Shown here: positions 1 through 10,667 of the stretch, piece by piece
How positions within the stretch are numbered: position 1 is the first letter of the stretch
How the letters are laid out: each line of letters starts with the position of its first letter
Notes under the pieces: generated by a model
Told to the model about the DNA's origin: nothing
The model's input: the letters and a program-made list of their open reading frames with translations, nothing else
Database searches by the model: none
Assembly (NCBI GenBank): GCA_003170315.1
Contig: PNAH01000004.1
Location: 158,805 to 222,804, forward strand
Source of the DNA: Acidimicrobiaceae bacterium
GTDB taxonomy: Bacteria > Actinomycetota > Acidimicrobiia > Acidimicrobiales > RAAP-2
Length of the DNA: 64,000 bases
Direction: 5' to 3'
Translations under genes and position numbers: made by a program

Positions 1-485
1 AAGGTGGCGTGACCCTGAAACTGCCCGAGGGCACCGAGATGTCGATCTTCGACGCCGCGATGGCCTACCAGGCCGAGGGCACGCCGCTCATGATCATCGC
101 CGGCAAGGAGTACGGCACCGGTTCGAGCCGCGACTGGGCGGCCAAGGGCACCAAGTTGCTCGGCGTGAAGGCCGTGCTCGTCGAGAGCTACGAACGGATC
201 CACCGTTCGAACCTCGTGGGCATGGGCGTGTTGCCGCTGCAGTTCCGGGCCGGCGAGAGTGCCGTGACCTACGACCTCGAGGGCACCGAGACCTTCGCGA
301 TCTCCGGCCTCGACGCGTTGAACCGCGGCGAGACGGTACCCACGGTGACGTTGAGCGCCACGCGCACGAACGGCGACGTCGTGACCTTCGACGTGCGCCT
401 ACGCATCGACACGCCGACCGAAGCCGAGTACTTCCGCCACGGGGGCGTCCTCAACTTCGTGCTGCGACACCTCGCCCAGAGTTAA
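1..485 (+). CDS. acn: Aconitate hydratase (aconitase), C-terminal fragment; 5' end lies outside the window
   Basis: The frame is open from the window edge. [16 protein letters not shown] ... [19 protein letters not shown] is the conserved C-terminal domain of aconitase/IRP-family enzymes. Stop TAA 483-485. Confidence 0.9.
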   Translation, partial: GGVTLKLPEGTEMSIFDAAMAYQAEGTPLMIIAGKEYGTGSSRDWAAKGTKLLGVKAVLVESYERIHRSNLVGMGVLPLQFRAGESAVTYDLEGTETFAISGLDALNRGETVPTVTLSATRTNGDVVTFDVRLRIDTPTEAEYFRHGGVLNFVLRHLAQS

Positions 486-2194
486 CTCTTCAACGCGGCC
501 TCGGCCGCAACCGCGGCGGCGTCCGTGCTGTCATAGAGCGCGATGGATTTAATGGCGGCGTTGGTCGACTTCTTCAGGCGCTCTTTCACGGCGTCATTGG
601 CTCGCGAGAACGAAAAGGAGATCTTGTCCTCTCCGAGGTCAGCCACCACCTGACTGAGGGCGATCATGCCCGTGTAGTCGATGTCGGCGATCGCGACGGC
701 ATCCACGATGACGTGTTGGGTCTCGGGAACCTTGGTGAGCACATCGTGCATCTCGCGACGAAAGATGCCGGCGTTGGCGAAGAACAGCTCTTCGCCAAAC
801 AGCAACGCCAGGATGTGGTCGACGCGCTCGACGCCCTCTTCTTCTTCTGGCTCCCAACTAGTGGTGCCCGTTCGCCGGCCGAGCTCGACCATCCGCGGAC
901 GCGCCGATCGCCACGTCTGATCCAGAATCGCGAGTCCGACGGCGATGCCGAGACCTTGCTCGACGCCGATGAAGATCACGCCGAGAGCGGAGATGAGCGC
1001 GAGCGCGAACTCCCAGCGACTCGCCGCCAGAATCTTTCGAAATTGGGCGACTTTGATAAGTCGCCCTCCGACGAAGAGGAGCACGCCGGCCAGCGCCGCC
1101 AAGGGAATCATGTGAGCGAATTTGGCGAACGGCGAGAGGACCAGAGCGCCGACCCCGGCCACCAGCAAGACCAGCTTCGTGCGGCCGCCGGCCAGCTTGG
1201 TCACCGTCGTTCGAGCGGGGCTGGCGTTGACCGGGAACGCGCCGACGAGTCCGCTCGCGACGTTCGCCAAACCAATGCCCACGAAGTCGCGACTGATGTT
1301 GTCGGCGATCGCCAGGTCATCGGCGGTCGTGCGACAGGTCGCGGCACTCTGGCTCAGGATTACGACGACCAGGGTGAGGGCCGTCGTGCAGACGACGCCC
1401 CATTGAGAACCGCTCAGCCAGTGAAGACGCCAGGTCGGAAGCCCGGCGTTCACGGTGCCGAGCTGCTCCACGCCGTGACTCGCGAGGGAGCCGACGGCCG
1501 TGAGTATTGTCGCGGCCAGTACCGCGGCCAGCGCCCATGGCAACTTGGCGTTGATCTTCTCGCCCACCGCCATGACGACGAGCGTGCCCACCGCAATGAT
1601 GATCGACCACGGGCTCACGTGACCGAACTGGTGGCTGATCCATTGGAGGCGCGAGATGAAGGACTCACCGCCCGAGGGGACGCCGAGGACTCGGGGCAGC
1701 TGGTGGGTGATGATGATGACGCCGATCCCGGCCATGAAGCCGGCGACGATCGGCAACGACAAGAAGTCGGCGAGCCAGCCGAGCTTGAGCAGTCCGATGC
1801 CCATCACGATGATTCCCGCCACGACGGCTGTCGCGGCGACCAGTTCCATGTACTCGGGCGACGACGCCGGCGCGAGACGAAGGAGTGCCACGGCGAAGAG
1901 GGGCGCGATCGTCGAGTCGGCGCCGACCGAGACAATCGGATTCGAGCCGATCACGAAGAAGACCAGCGAAGCGGTGATGAAAGCGATCATCGCGGTGAAG
2001 GCCGGCACACCGGCCAGCTGTGACGTGGCGAGCTGCTCGGGGATCGCTATGGCCAGCAGCGTGATACCGGCGAGGAACTGACCGGGAAAGTTGGCGCGCG
2101 TGAGACCGGCGAAGATCTGATTTAGTCCGCGGGTGTCACGACGTTGAGCAATCGGTGTTCGATTGGTGACGTTTGCGCGATCCATTGACGACAC
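482..2194 (-). CDS. SulP-family anion permease with C-terminal STAS domain
   Basis: 570-aa ORF with many hydrophobic segments followed by a soluble STAS-like tail ([23 protein letters not shown]). Start is GTG 2194 or ATG 2185. Confidence 0.85.
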   Translation of the reverse strand: MSSMDRANVTNRTPIAQRRDTRGLNQIFAGLTRANFPGQFLAGITLLAIAIPEQLATSQLAGVPAFTAMIAFITASLVFFVIGSNPIVSVGADSTIAPLFAVALLRLAPASSPEYMELVAATAVVAGIIVMGIGLLKLGWLADFLSLPIVAGFMAGIGVIIITHQLPRVLGVPSGGESFISRLQWISHQFGHVSPWSIIIAVGTLVVMAVGEKINAKLPWALAAVLAATILTAVGSLASHGVEQLGTVNAGLPTWRLHWLSGSQWGVVCTTALTLVVVILSQSAATCRTTADDLAIADNISRDFVGIGLANVASGLVGAFPVNASPARTTVTKLAGGRTKLVLLVAGVGALVLSPFAKFAHMIPLAALAGVLLFVGGRLIKVAQFRKILAASRWEFALALISALGVIFIGVEQGLGIAVGLAILDQTWRSARPRMVELGRRTGTTSWEPEEEEGVERVDHILALLFGEELFFANAGIFRREMHDVLTKVPETQHVIVDAVAIADIDYTGMIALSQVVADLGEDKISFSFSRANDAVKERLKKSTNAAIKSIALYDSTDAAAVAAEAALKS

Positions 2195-2215
2195 ACTATG
2201 ACCGCCCGGTTACCG

Positions 2216-2959
2216 CTACGAGGTGATGACGACCTTGAAACCCTCGGCGAGACGGCCCTTGTCCATGCCCGCGTTCTTCGCGACGGCCCGGGCCCACTGC
2301 TTCAACATCTTCTTCAGACCCTTGTTGTCACCGACTTGACTTACGTGGCGCTTCAAGGCGGCCTGCTTGTACTTGAAGCGCTTGGTGATGTCGACGACCA
2401 TGGTGGCCTGGCTCCCGCTCAACCACACGACCGGTACCGAGTGCGGGGACAAGCCCTCGCGCAGCAGTTCCGGAAAGGCGTGCGGGTTTCTGGCGTCGGG
2501 ATAGACCGCGCGCATGGTCGCCTCGCCCGAGGCCATGTGGTCAGGGTGGCTCGCGCGCATGCGCTCCCAGTTGCGCTCGGGACTTTGGGTGATGACGAGG
2601 TCAGGTCGGTGCGTACGAATTACTCGCGCGATTTCACGACGCAGCAACAACGTCGGCTCCACCTGGCCGTCGGGCCAGCGCAGGAATGTGATATTCGTCA
2701 CTCCGACCTCGCGACCGGCAGCGCGCTGTTCGGTCTCTCGAATCTCCGAGCGCTCCTCACGAGTGAGCGTGGAACCGTCACCGCCGGCGTCGCCCGAAGT
2801 GACGAGACAGTACGCAACATCAACGCCTCTACCGGTCAAAGTTGCAATAGTTCCGGCGGAACCAAAATCGACGTCATCAGGGTGAGCAACGACCACGAGC
2901 GCGCGTTTCATCGACTTGTTGTACTTGAAGACGGGCAACGCTTGCTTCTTTTTGCTCAC
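2216..2959 (-). CDS. PIG-L/LmbE-family N-acetylglucosaminyl deacetylase
   Basis: VVVAHPDDVDFG and HPDHMASGEA motifs are typical of LmbE/MshB/Mca-like zinc deacetylases. GTG 2959 overlaps the helicase stop (GTGA). ATG 2911 is an alternative start. Confidence 0.8.
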   Translation of the reverse strand: MSKKKQALPVFKYNKSMKRALVVVAHPDDVDFGSAGTIATLTGRGVDVAYCLVTSGDAGGDGSTLTREERSEIRETEQRAAGREVGVTNITFLRWPDGQVEPTLLLRREIARVIRTHRPDLVITQSPERNWERMRASHPDHMASGEATMRAVYPDARNPHAFPELLREGLSPHSVPVVWLSGSQATMVVDITKRFKYKQAALKRHVSQVGDNKGLKKMLKQWARAVAKNAGMDKGRLAEGFKVVITS

Positions 2960-4275
2960 AGTACCGAGTCCTCCCTGGTCGGATCCCAGCTGGCCAAGTC
3001 TTTCAAGTGTGGGTCGTTGGAAAAGACCTCGACGATCGGCCGCTTGAGCCCCAAACGACGCATGATCACCTCAGCCTCAATAATTTGGTTCCACAGTAAC
3101 AAAGAGACGACCACGCCGGTCGAGCCGGCTCGGGCCGTGCGTCCGGAGCGGTGGAGGTAGGCCTTTTGGTCTTCGGGAGGGTCGAAGTGGATTACGCAGT
3201 CGACTGCGTCAATATGCAAGCCCCTGGCGGCGACGTCGGTCGCCACGAGAACCGCCAGGCGGTCCCCCGAGAAGTCGGCCAGGGCCTTTTCGCGCTGGCT
3301 TTGGCGCAGGTCCCCGTGGATCGCCGCGGCGTCGACGCCCTCTTTTTGGAGCTGTTCGACGAGCCGGTCGGCCCCACGCTTGGTGCGACAAAAGATCAGC
3401 GTTTTGCCGAAGGACGAGCAGATCGTGGCGGCGACCTTGATCCGGTCCATTTGGTGCACGTTCAAGAAGTGGTGCACCATCAGCGAGACCGTCTGGGTGT
3501 CACTGGCCACCTCGTGGAAGACGGGGTCGGTGAGATAGCGCTTCACCAGTCGGTCGATGGCGCCGTCCAGGGTGGCCGAAAAGAGCAGCGTCTGGTGGGG
3601 CCGTTCGGCGATGCGCCGTAGGACCCACTCGACCTGGGGCATGAAACCCATGTCGGCCATGCGGTCGGCCTCGTCGAGGACCAGTACGTCGAGGTCCTCG
3701 ACGTTCACCTCACCGCGGTCGCCGAGGTCGATGAGACGACCGGGGGTGGCGATGATGACGTCACAGCCGCGCCGAAGCGACTTCACCTGACGTTCGATGT
3801 CGGCCCCGCCGTAGACGGCGTTCACGTGCAGCCCGAGCGCGGCCCCCAGGGGTTTCAGGACTTCGTGGACCTGAACGCAGAGTTCACGCGTGGGCAGGAG
3901 TACCAATCCGCGCGGTCGCGCCGGCCCGCCCTCTTTGGCCTTGAAGGTCTCTCCGGCGGAGATCCGCTGGAGCATGGGAAGACCGAACCCGAGCGTCTTG
4001 CCTGATCCGGTCTTGGCTTTACCGCAGACGTCGCGACCGGCGAGCGCGTCGCTGATCGTGAGCGCCTGGATCGGGAAGGCGGTCGAGATTCCTTGCTCGG
4101 AGAGCACCGCCACTAACTCGGGCAACACCCCCAATTCAGCGAAGGTTTTATTGGTGGCGTACGAGTCCGGTGCCGACGGCACGGTCTCTTTGATTTCACT
4201 GCTCACGGGACAACGACGTTTCTCGGTTGGACCCGGAACCGGCGTTCGAAAGTGTGGGCCCAAGCTCAATTCCAA
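2956..4275 (-). CDS. DEAD-box ATP-dependent RNA helicase
   Basis: Motif I AKTGSGKT, motif II VLDEADRM, motif III SAT, motif VI HRSGRTARAG. Confidence 0.9.
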   Translation of the reverse strand: MELSLGPHFRTPVPGPTEKRRCPVSSEIKETVPSAPDSYATNKTFAELGVLPELVAVLSEQGISTAFPIQALTISDALAGRDVCGKAKTGSGKTLGFGLPMLQRISAGETFKAKEGGPARPRGLVLLPTRELCVQVHEVLKPLGAALGLHVNAVYGGADIERQVKSLRRGCDVIIATPGRLIDLGDRGEVNVEDLDVLVLDEADRMADMGFMPQVEWVLRRIAERPHQTLLFSATLDGAIDRLVKRYLTDPVFHEVASDTQTVSLMVHHFLNVHQMDRIKVAATICSSFGKTLIFCRTKRGADRLVEQLQKEGVDAAAIHGDLRQSQREKALADFSGDRLAVLVATDVAARGLHIDAVDCVIHFDPPEDQKAYLHRSGRTARAGSTGVVVSLLLWNQIIEAEVIMRRLGLKRPIVEVFSNDPHLKDLASWDPTREDSVL

Positions 4276-4337
4276 GAGCTTCGTCCCCAGTCTACGACAA
4301 AATGTTAGATTTTCGACCTTAAACGCAAAGGAGATTC

Positions 4338-4802
4338 ATGTCACGTCTCGAAATTGGAACCAAAGCGCCGGCCTTTGCTCTTTCGAATCAGTCCGGAAAG
4401 ACCATTTCCTTGAAGGATTTCTCAGGTGAGCGATTCGTCATCTACTTCTACCCGGCCGACGACACCCCCGGCTGCACTAAAGAGGCTTGCCAGTTCAACG
4501 ACGGGCTGGGCGCTTATCGCAAACTCGGCGTCCGGGTCATCGGGGTGTCGCCCGACGGCGCTGAGAAGCACGTCGCCTTTCGCAAGAAGTACGGACTGAC
4601 CTTCGACCTCTTGAGCGACCCCGAGAAGAAGGTCATGACGAGCTACGGCGCCTACGGCGAGAAGATGATGTACGGCAAGAAGGTGACCGGCGTGATTCGC
4701 TCGACCTTCGTGATCGGGCCGAGCGGCCGCATCGAGCACGCCTGGTACAACGTTCGCGCCGACGGCCACGCCGACAAGGTCCTCGCGACGCTGAGCAGTT
4801 AG
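4338..4802 (+). CDS. bcp: Peroxiredoxin Bcp (PrxQ type)
   Basis: FYPADDTPGCTKEAC active-site context. AAGGAG lies a few nt upstream of ATG 4338. Confidence 0.9.
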   Translation: MSRLEIGTKAPAFALSNQSGKTISLKDFSGERFVIYFYPADDTPGCTKEACQFNDGLGAYRKLGVRVIGVSPDGAEKHVAFRKKYGLTFDLLSDPEKKVMTSYGAYGEKMMYGKKVTGVIRSTFVIGPSGRIEHAWYNVRADGHADKVLATLSS

Positions 4803-5431
4803 CGGGCGCGCTCTCTTTGAATCGTGCGCCAGCGGTGCCAGATCGCGTAAGCCAGTCCGAGGACCACCACGGCGATGATCGGGTACTCCGAGGCGTGGAA
4901 GTCACTGCTCACGTGCTTCCAGTTCGAGCCGGCCGCGTAGCCCAGTCCGGCGAGCAGCGCGACCCACACGGCCGAGCCGATGGTCGTCAGTACCGCAAAG
5001 CGCGCGCGATTCATTTCGGCGATGCCCGCCGGCACCGAGATGAAACTGCGCACCACCGGGATGACCCGTCCGAGCAGTACCGAGGCCGAGCCGTAGCGCT
5101 CGAACCAGTGCTCGGCGCGGTCGAGGTCCTTGTGCGACAGCAACAGCCACTTGCCGTAGCGTTCCACGATCGTTCGTCCGGCACTTCGACCGACCTCGTA
5201 GGCGATGACGGCTCCCACCAGTGACCCGAGGGTTCCTACGACGATCACGGCCCATAGAGAGAAGCGCACGTGGCCGGTAACGGCCGTGGTGCACAGAGCT
5301 CCGGCGAATCCGTAGGCCACTTCCGAAGGGATCGGGATGCACGCCGAGGAGAGTATCGAGAGGATGAACAGCGCGAAGTAACCGTAGTGAGTGATGAATG
5401 ATTGCACCACGACATTCTTACCCTTCGCCAT
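4799..5431 (-). CDS. DedA-family membrane protein
   Basis: 210 aa with several TM segments and a DedA-like GRVIPVVRSFISVPAG segment. ATG at 5431. Confidence 0.8.
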   Translation of the reverse strand: MAKGKNVVVQSFITHYGYFALFILSILSSACIPIPSEVAYGFAGALCTTAVTGHVRFSLWAVIVVGTLGSLVGAVIAYEVGRSAGRTIVERYGKWLLLSHKDLDRAEHWFERYGSASVLLGRVIPVVRSFISVPAGIAEMNRARFAVLTTIGSAVWVALLAGLGYAAGSNWKHVSSDFHASEYPIIAVVVLGLAYAIWHRWRTIQRERAR

Positions 5432-5449
5432 CGGAGGGTCTGGGAGCCC

Positions 5450-6532
5450 ATGGGGCAGACTGATTGGGGGGCTGAAATGACGTTGGTGCCAACGATCGAC
5501 GAACTCGACGTCACGTGGCTTTCACAACAACTGGATCTCGTCGGTGCCACGGAGGTCGGCGTCTCGTCAGTCGGCCAAGGGCAAGTGGCGAACTGCTATC
5601 GGCTGACCATTCAACACGCCGCGGGCACTTCCAGCGTTATCGCGAAGGTACCGTCACGCGACGAGGTGAGTCGCTCCACCGCGGCGCTGCAACATCTCTA
5701 CCAGCGGGAGGTCTCGTTCTACCAACATCTCGCGCCGTCCATTGCCACCCGGACGCCTCGTTGTTACTTCGCCGAACGCGACGAGGATGACAACTTTCTT
5801 TTGCTGTTAGAGGACCTCAGTCCCTCGGCCGTGATCGACCAATTCGTGGGGATCTCGCTCGGCACCGCGCGTGCCGGTCTCGCGTCCCTGGCCGGACTCC
5901 ACGGTCCGACGCACGCGAAGGTCGACCTGCATGACGCCGATTGGTTGCGTGGGGTCAGCGAAAAACTGCGTCCGCTCTACACGGCGGTGCTGCCGGTCCT
6001 GTTCGACCAATTCATCGAGCGTTACGACGCTCGCATCGACGACGAGCTTCGCGCGATAGTGCTCGGACTCAAGGATCGCTTGTCGCTCTTCAGCGACTAC
6101 ACCTGCCAGTTTCCGTGTGTGACGCACGGCGACTTTCGCACCGACAACCTTCTCATTGACGCCTGTGACGGGACCGTAGCGTTGGCGGTCGTTGACTGGC
6201 AGACGGTTGGTGTCGGCAGTCCCCTGCTCGACGTCGCCTACTTCCTCACGACCAGCCTGACGCCCGGGGACTGCGCGCGACACGAGTTCGAATTGCTGGA
6301 CTACTACCTGGCGAAGCTGCACGACTACGGCGTCGACATTCCCGTGGACGTCGCACGCAGAGAGTTCTCGCGCTACACCCTTCAACCGATCGTGATGCTG
6401 GTCGCCGCGTCGGTCATCGTCGAACAGACCGAGCGCGGCGACGAGATGTTCCTCGCGATGATCGATCGAGCGGTCGTTGCCGCCACGCGCTGGGACGCGA
6501 TCAAGGAAATGGAGCGGGATGCTGTTAGCTGA
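5450..6532 (+). CDS. Phosphotransferase (APH / ecdysteroid-kinase-like) family protein
   Basis: Brenner-type motif HGDFRTDNLL and a downstream VVDWQ segment. ATG 5450 (GGAGGG upstream) is preferred and ATG 5477 is possible. The track start 5402 would overlap dedA. Confidence 0.75.
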   Translation: MGQTDWGAEMTLVPTIDELDVTWLSQQLDLVGATEVGVSSVGQGQVANCYRLTIQHAAGTSSVIAKVPSRDEVSRSTAALQHLYQREVSFYQHLAPSIATRTPRCYFAERDEDDNFLLLLEDLSPSAVIDQFVGISLGTARAGLASLAGLHGPTHAKVDLHDADWLRGVSEKLRPLYTAVLPVLFDQFIERYDARIDDELRAIVLGLKDRLSLFSDYTCQFPCVTHGDFRTDNLLIDACDGTVALAVVDWQTVGVGSPLLDVAYFLTTSLTPGDCARHEFELLDYYLAKLHDYGVDIPVDVARREFSRYTLQPIVMLVAASVIVEQTERGDEMFLAMIDRAVVAATRWDAIKEMERDAVS

Positions 6533-7571
6533 AGACGACTATCCGTTGCACCAAACAACGTTGCCGCTCGCCCACGTCATGGACGGACATCCCAACGCCT
6601 ATGACCGATTCTGGTTCAACGGGTACGACGAAGAGTTCTACTTCGCCTTCGCCCTCGGGCTCTATCCGAACCGTGGCGTCATCGACGCCGCCTTCTCGGT
6701 CGTCCAAGACGACCGTCAATACTCGGTCTTCGCCAGTGACGCGCTCGTGGGGCGACCGACGGCCGTCGGGCCTATGCGCCTGGAACTCGTCGAACCGATG
6801 CGCGTGAACCGAGTGGTCGTTGACGCGCCCGACCATGGGTTGCGTGGTGACCTCACGTACACCCGGCGCACCGCGATAAGCGAAGAGCCCCGTCAAACCA
6901 TGCACGACGGAGCGCGACTCTTCATGGACGTGACGAGGGCCACCCAACTCGGCACCTGGAGCGGGTGGATCGAGACACCCAACGGACGACACCAGCTTCC
7001 GGACAACTTTCGTGGCACGAAGGATCGCTCGTGGGGCGTGCGCCCGATCGGAGAACGGCTGCCCGGCGTCGAGAGTCATCGCGCGCCGCAATTGGCCTTC
7101 TTCTGGGCGCCCCTGCACCTAGGTGACGGCGGCGTGCACTTCATGACCTTTGACGACGCCCACGGACATCCCCTCAGCCGATCCTCGGCGTTGTTACCGA
7201 CGAAGGACGCGGCGGTGATGACCGCCGGGTCACTGCAGATCGAGATGGCTCGGGGAACGCGCTGGATGAAGGGAGCGGTCCTGACGACGGGTGACGATGA
7301 GATCACGCTCACGCCGCTGCTGCGTTTCCAGATGCGCGGCGCCGGTTACAGCCACCCCCAGTTCGCGCACGGCCGCTGGCACGGCGGTCCGATCGTGAGT
7401 GACGAACAGCTCAACCTCGAGACCCTCGATCCCCTGGAGTACGCCAACATCCACGTGCAACACGTCGTGCGAGCCACCCGTGGTGACGAGGTCGGGCTCG
7501 GCGTCCTCGAACAACTCGTCATCGGCCCCTACGAACCGGCCGGACTACGGGGACTGCTCGACGGCGCCTAG
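6519..7571 (+). CDS. Conserved hypothetical protein (family not assignable by eye)
   Basis: 350-aa soluble protein with coding-like third-position GC. ATG 6519 overlaps the upstream stop by 14 nt. Only a DRSWG motif was noted. Confidence 0.6.
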   Translation: MLLAEDDYPLHQTTLPLAHVMDGHPNAYDRFWFNGYDEEFYFAFALGLYPNRGVIDAAFSVVQDDRQYSVFASDALVGRPTAVGPMRLELVEPMRVNRVVVDAPDHGLRGDLTYTRRTAISEEPRQTMHDGARLFMDVTRATQLGTWSGWIETPNGRHQLPDNFRGTKDRSWGVRPIGERLPGVESHRAPQLAFFWAPLHLGDGGVHFMTFDDAHGHPLSRSSALLPTKDAAVMTAGSLQIEMARGTRWMKGAVLTTGDDEITLTPLLRFQMRGAGYSHPQFAHGRWHGGPIVSDEQLNLETLDPLEYANIHVQHVVRATRGDEVGLGVLEQLVIGPYEPAGLRGLLDGA

Positions 7572-8350
7572 GACTGGTGCTTGGGGCACCAGTACGTCGT
7601 TCGTCCACCGATCGTCGCTACGAGCATGGACGCGCCGTCACGGGGACAGAATGCCCCCGGGAAACGGGCCTCCATGTGATCGCCCAAGTGCGAACCCCCG
7701 CGACGCTGCAACGTGCGCATGGTCTGCGTGAAGGTCTTATAGAGCGCGGCGCGCTGCTCGATGCTCAAGAGCCCGGTCGGCGTCCGAGGGTCGATGCCGG
7801 CGCGATACAGCATCTCGTCGGCGAGCAGGTTGCCGACGCCGGCGACCGAAGACTGGTCGAGCAATCTCGCCTTGATCGCCGGTCCGTCGCCGCGAGTGTG
7901 CACCAACTCGTCGAACTGCATGCGCGTCAGCGTCAACGCGTCGGGACCGAGTTCGCTCAGGTCCGGCGCGATCTCGAAACGACCCATCCGTCGCGGGTCG
8001 TGCAGGATCAACTTTCGTCCGTCGTCGAACGCCAGTCCCCCTCGAATCCAATCGGAGCGGAAATCGTGAGGACCGTAGAACAGACCGTCGATGCCGGCGT
8101 CACCGTCGATCAACAACACGCCCGTCATCCCGAAGCGCACCCCGAGTCGCACGCCGTCGGTGTCGAGGAGCAAGAGCTTCCCTCGGCGGCCGGTGCCGGT
8201 CACCGTGAGGCCCTTCACCGCTCGGGCCCACGCGCCGACGCTCGTCAGTTTCTTCGCGCTGTAGGCGTCGGCCCAACCACGCACGATCGTCGCGCCGACC
8301 ACGCGATCGGCGAGTTGACGATAGGACTCGACTTCGAGAATCTCGGGCAC
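7568..8350 (-). CDS. Fpg/Nei-family DNA glycosylase/AP lyase
   Basis: After GTG 8350 the protein begins (M)PEILEVE, giving the catalytic Pro2/Glu3. The C-terminal zinc finger is CPRDG...YWCPKHQ. The 20-codon extension in the track ORF is rejected. Confidence 0.85.
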   Translation of the reverse strand: MPEILEVESYRQLADRVVGATIVRGWADAYSAKKLTSVGAWARAVKGLTVTGTGRRGKLLLLDTDGVRLGVRFGMTGVLLIDGDAGIDGLFYGPHDFRSDWIRGGLAFDDGRKLILHDPRRMGRFEIAPDLSELGPDALTLTRMQFDELVHTRGDGPAIKARLLDQSSVAGVGNLLADEMLYRAGIDPRTPTGLLSIEQRAALYKTFTQTMRTLQRRGGSHLGDHMEARFPGAFCPRDGASMLVATIGGRTTYWCPKHQS

Positions 8351-8403
8351 GCGGCGAGCGTATCGGCAAATCGATATCGGATCTTCGGAATTAAGGTTGG
8401 ACC

Positions 8404-9528
8404 ATGGCACTCGAAAAGCCGCAATGGAAAGAACTCTTCAGTGAAGTCGTGACCTCGGGGCTGTGCACCGGGTGCGCGGCCTGCGTGATCGCCTGTCCCC
8501 ACCCGGTGCTCGACTACGAGACCGACAACGGCGTCTATCGGCCCTTTCACCTCGACATCGACGGTGGACCCGAGGACTGCACCCACGGACAAAAGGGTTG
8601 CACGATGTGCACCAGGGCCTGCCCGCGCTTTCGCAACTGGGAGTCCGAGATCGACACGCACATGTTCGCACGCGAACGCACCGACGACGAGGTCTGGGGC
8701 ATCGGCGACGTCCTGTTGGCGCGCGCCACTGACGAGTCACTGGTCGAAAACGGCCAGGACGGTGGATTCGTCTCGGCGCTGCTGATCTACGCGTTGGAAA
8801 ACGACGTCATTGACGCAGCGCTGGTGAGCGGACTCGAGGGTGACGGCTCGACGTGGCGAGCGGTGCCGCAGGTGGCCCGCACGCGCGAGGACGTCATCGA
8901 GACCGCGAAGTCGCGTTACACCTACAGCGCCAATCTCCTCGCCTACCCCGAGGCAGCCGAAGGTGGCGCCGAGCGCATCGCGCTCGTGGGGATGGGGTGC
9001 ATGGCGTCGGCGCCCGGGGCGATGCAGTCGCGCAAGGCCGGCAAGCTCGCGCGCCGTCTCTGTCTCACGATTGGCCTGATGTGTTCCAAGACTTTCGACG
9101 ACTCGATCTTTGAAGAGCTCTTCGAAGCGAAGTACCAAATCAAGCGCGCCGACATCTTGAAGATGAACATCAAGGGCGTCTTCCAGATCTGGACGACCGA
9201 CGGCGCGTTCCACGAGGTGCCGTTGAAAGAGGCCCACGCCTACACCCGTGAAGGCTGCAAACTGTGTCCCGACTTCGCCGCCGAACACGCCGACATCTCC
9301 ACCGGCGGCATCGGCGCCTTCGGTGATTGGACACTCGTCATCGTGCGCACCGATCAGGGTCGCGAGCTGATGAGCGCGATGAAAGAAAAGGGTCTTATTG
9401 AAACTCGACCGGGCGACGACGACCCTGGCGCGGTGGCGCTGCTGCACAAGTTGGCGACCGTCTCGCGCAAGCGCTGGCCGGAGACCGCGCCTCCGGGACC
9501 GCGCCGGATCCCCATCATCGTCAAGTAG
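8404..9528 (+). CDS. FrhB/FdhB-family coenzyme F420-dependent oxidoreductase subunit with N-terminal 2x[4Fe-4S] motifs
   Basis: CTGCAACVIACP and CTMCTRACP cluster motifs are followed by FrhB-like segments (GQDGGFVSALL, CKLCPDFAAEHADISTGG). No FrhA/FrhG partners are nearby. Confidence 0.7.
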   Translation: MALEKPQWKELFSEVVTSGLCTGCAACVIACPHPVLDYETDNGVYRPFHLDIDGGPEDCTHGQKGCTMCTRACPRFRNWESEIDTHMFARERTDDEVWGIGDVLLARATDESLVENGQDGGFVSALLIYALENDVIDAALVSGLEGDGSTWRAVPQVARTREDVIETAKSRYTYSANLLAYPEAAEGGAERIALVGMGCMASAPGAMQSRKAGKLARRLCLTIGLMCSKTFDDSIFEELFEAKYQIKRADILKMNIKGVFQIWTTDGAFHEVPLKEAHAYTREGCKLCPDFAAEHADISTGGIGAFGDWTLVIVRTDQGRELMSAMKEKGLIETRPGDDDPGAVALLHKLATVSRKRWPETAPPGPRRIPIIVK

Positions 9529-9548
9529 TCGACCGTTAACGTGGTTCC

Positions 9549-10187
9549 GTGCCTTCTCGTCCGACCTTCACGACCGTGCTGCTCGTGCGCCACGGCGCCA
9601 CCGCTTCGACCGGCATCATCTTGCCGGGACGCGCGCCCGGACTGCATCTCTCCGAGCGCGGTCTCGCCCAGGCCGAGCGCGTCGCCGAGCGACTGGGCGA
9701 ACTGACGCGTAAGCCGGTCGCGCTCTACGCGTCACCGCTCGAGCGCACGCGCGAGACGGCCGCGCCGATCGCGCGAGCGCTGCGACTTCGGACCCACGTT
9801 GATCGCGGACTCCTCGAGTGCGACTTCGGACTCTGGACGGGAAGGAAGTTGAATCTGCTGGCGAAGAAGCCGGAGTGGCGCGCCGTCCAGCACGCCCCGA
9901 GTACCTTTCGATTCCCCGAGGGCGAGTCGTTCACCGAGATGCAACTGCGGATGTGGACGACGTTGGAACGAATCGCGGCCCAGCACCGCAACCGCACGAT
10001 CGTCGTCGTGAGTCACGCCGACCCCATCAAGGCCGCCGTCACCAACGCCCAGGGCGTGCCGTTAGACCTCTTCCAGCGCACGGTGATCTCGACCTGTTCG
10101 ATCAGCGCCATCGGTTTCACGAACGGCGCGCCGGTCGTCTTGAGCGTCAACAACACCGATTCGTTGAAGGACCTCGCGCCGTCATGA
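9549..10187 (+). CDS. Histidine phosphatase (phosphoglycerate-mutase-like) family protein, MSMEG_4193/Rv2135c type
   Basis: LLVRHGAT (RHG) and VVVSHADPIK motifs. GTG 9549. First gene of the conserved actinobacterial triad. Confidence 0.8.
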   Translation: MPSRPTFTTVLLVRHGATASTGIILPGRAPGLHLSERGLAQAERVAERLGELTRKPVALYASPLERTRETAAPIARALRLRTHVDRGLLECDFGLWTGRKLNLLAKKPEWRAVQHAPSTFRFPEGESFTEMQLRMWTTLERIAAQHRNRTIVVVSHADPIKAAVTNAQGVPLDLFQRTVISTCSISAIGFTNGAPVVLSVNNTDSLKDLAPS

Positions 10188-10663
10188 ACTACGTTTTCGC
10201 CAATCCCGAAAAGGTGATGGTCGGCGTGCGCGGCGAGGTCGGCAATCGTCTCTTCCTCCTGCAGGCGCGCGAGGGCCGGCGCCTGGTGATCGTGAAGTGC
10301 GAGAAGCAACAACTAGCCGCGCTCGCCGAATGGCTCGCCCAAGTAATCGGCGAAATGGGACGACCGGCCGAACTCCCCGACGACCTGGCCCTCGAACCGG
10401 AGTACGAATCGGACTTCGACGCCGGCGATATCGCGGTGGCAATCGACGAGGAGGCCCACACCATCGAGGTCACGATTGAATCGCTCGAGGGCGAAGACGA
10501 ACTGGTCCTGACCCTGACGCGCGAGTGGGCCGGCGGCCTGGCCATCGCCATCGCGCGCCTGGTGGAGGCCGGTCGACCGACCTGTCCGCTCTGTGGCGGA
10601 CCGCTCGATCCCAAGGGCCACGACTGTCCGCGCACGAACGGCCACGCGCCCCCGATCCGTTAG
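10184..10663 (+). CDS. DUF3090-family protein (Rv2134c type)
   Basis: ATG 10184 overlaps the upstream stop (ATGA). C-terminal zinc-ribbon-like CPLCGGPLDPKGHDCPRTNGH. The longer track ORF from 9818 is an Arg-rich artefact. Confidence 0.75.
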   Translation: MNYVFANPEKVMVGVRGEVGNRLFLLQAREGRRLVIVKCEKQQLAALAEWLAQVIGEMGRPAELPDDLALEPEYESDFDAGDIAVAIDEEAHTIEVTIESLEGEDELVLTLTREWAGGLAIAIARLVEAGRPTCPLCGGPLDPKGHDCPRTNGHAPPIR

Positions 10664-10667
10664 ACCG

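Noticed and set aside
713-2023. 436-aa plus-strand ORF antisense to the SulP permease gene
   Set aside because: The protein is extremely Arg/Asp/Gly/His-rich with no motifs. The opposite strand encodes a coherent SulP-STAS protein. Long stop-free antisense frames are expected in high-GC DNA.
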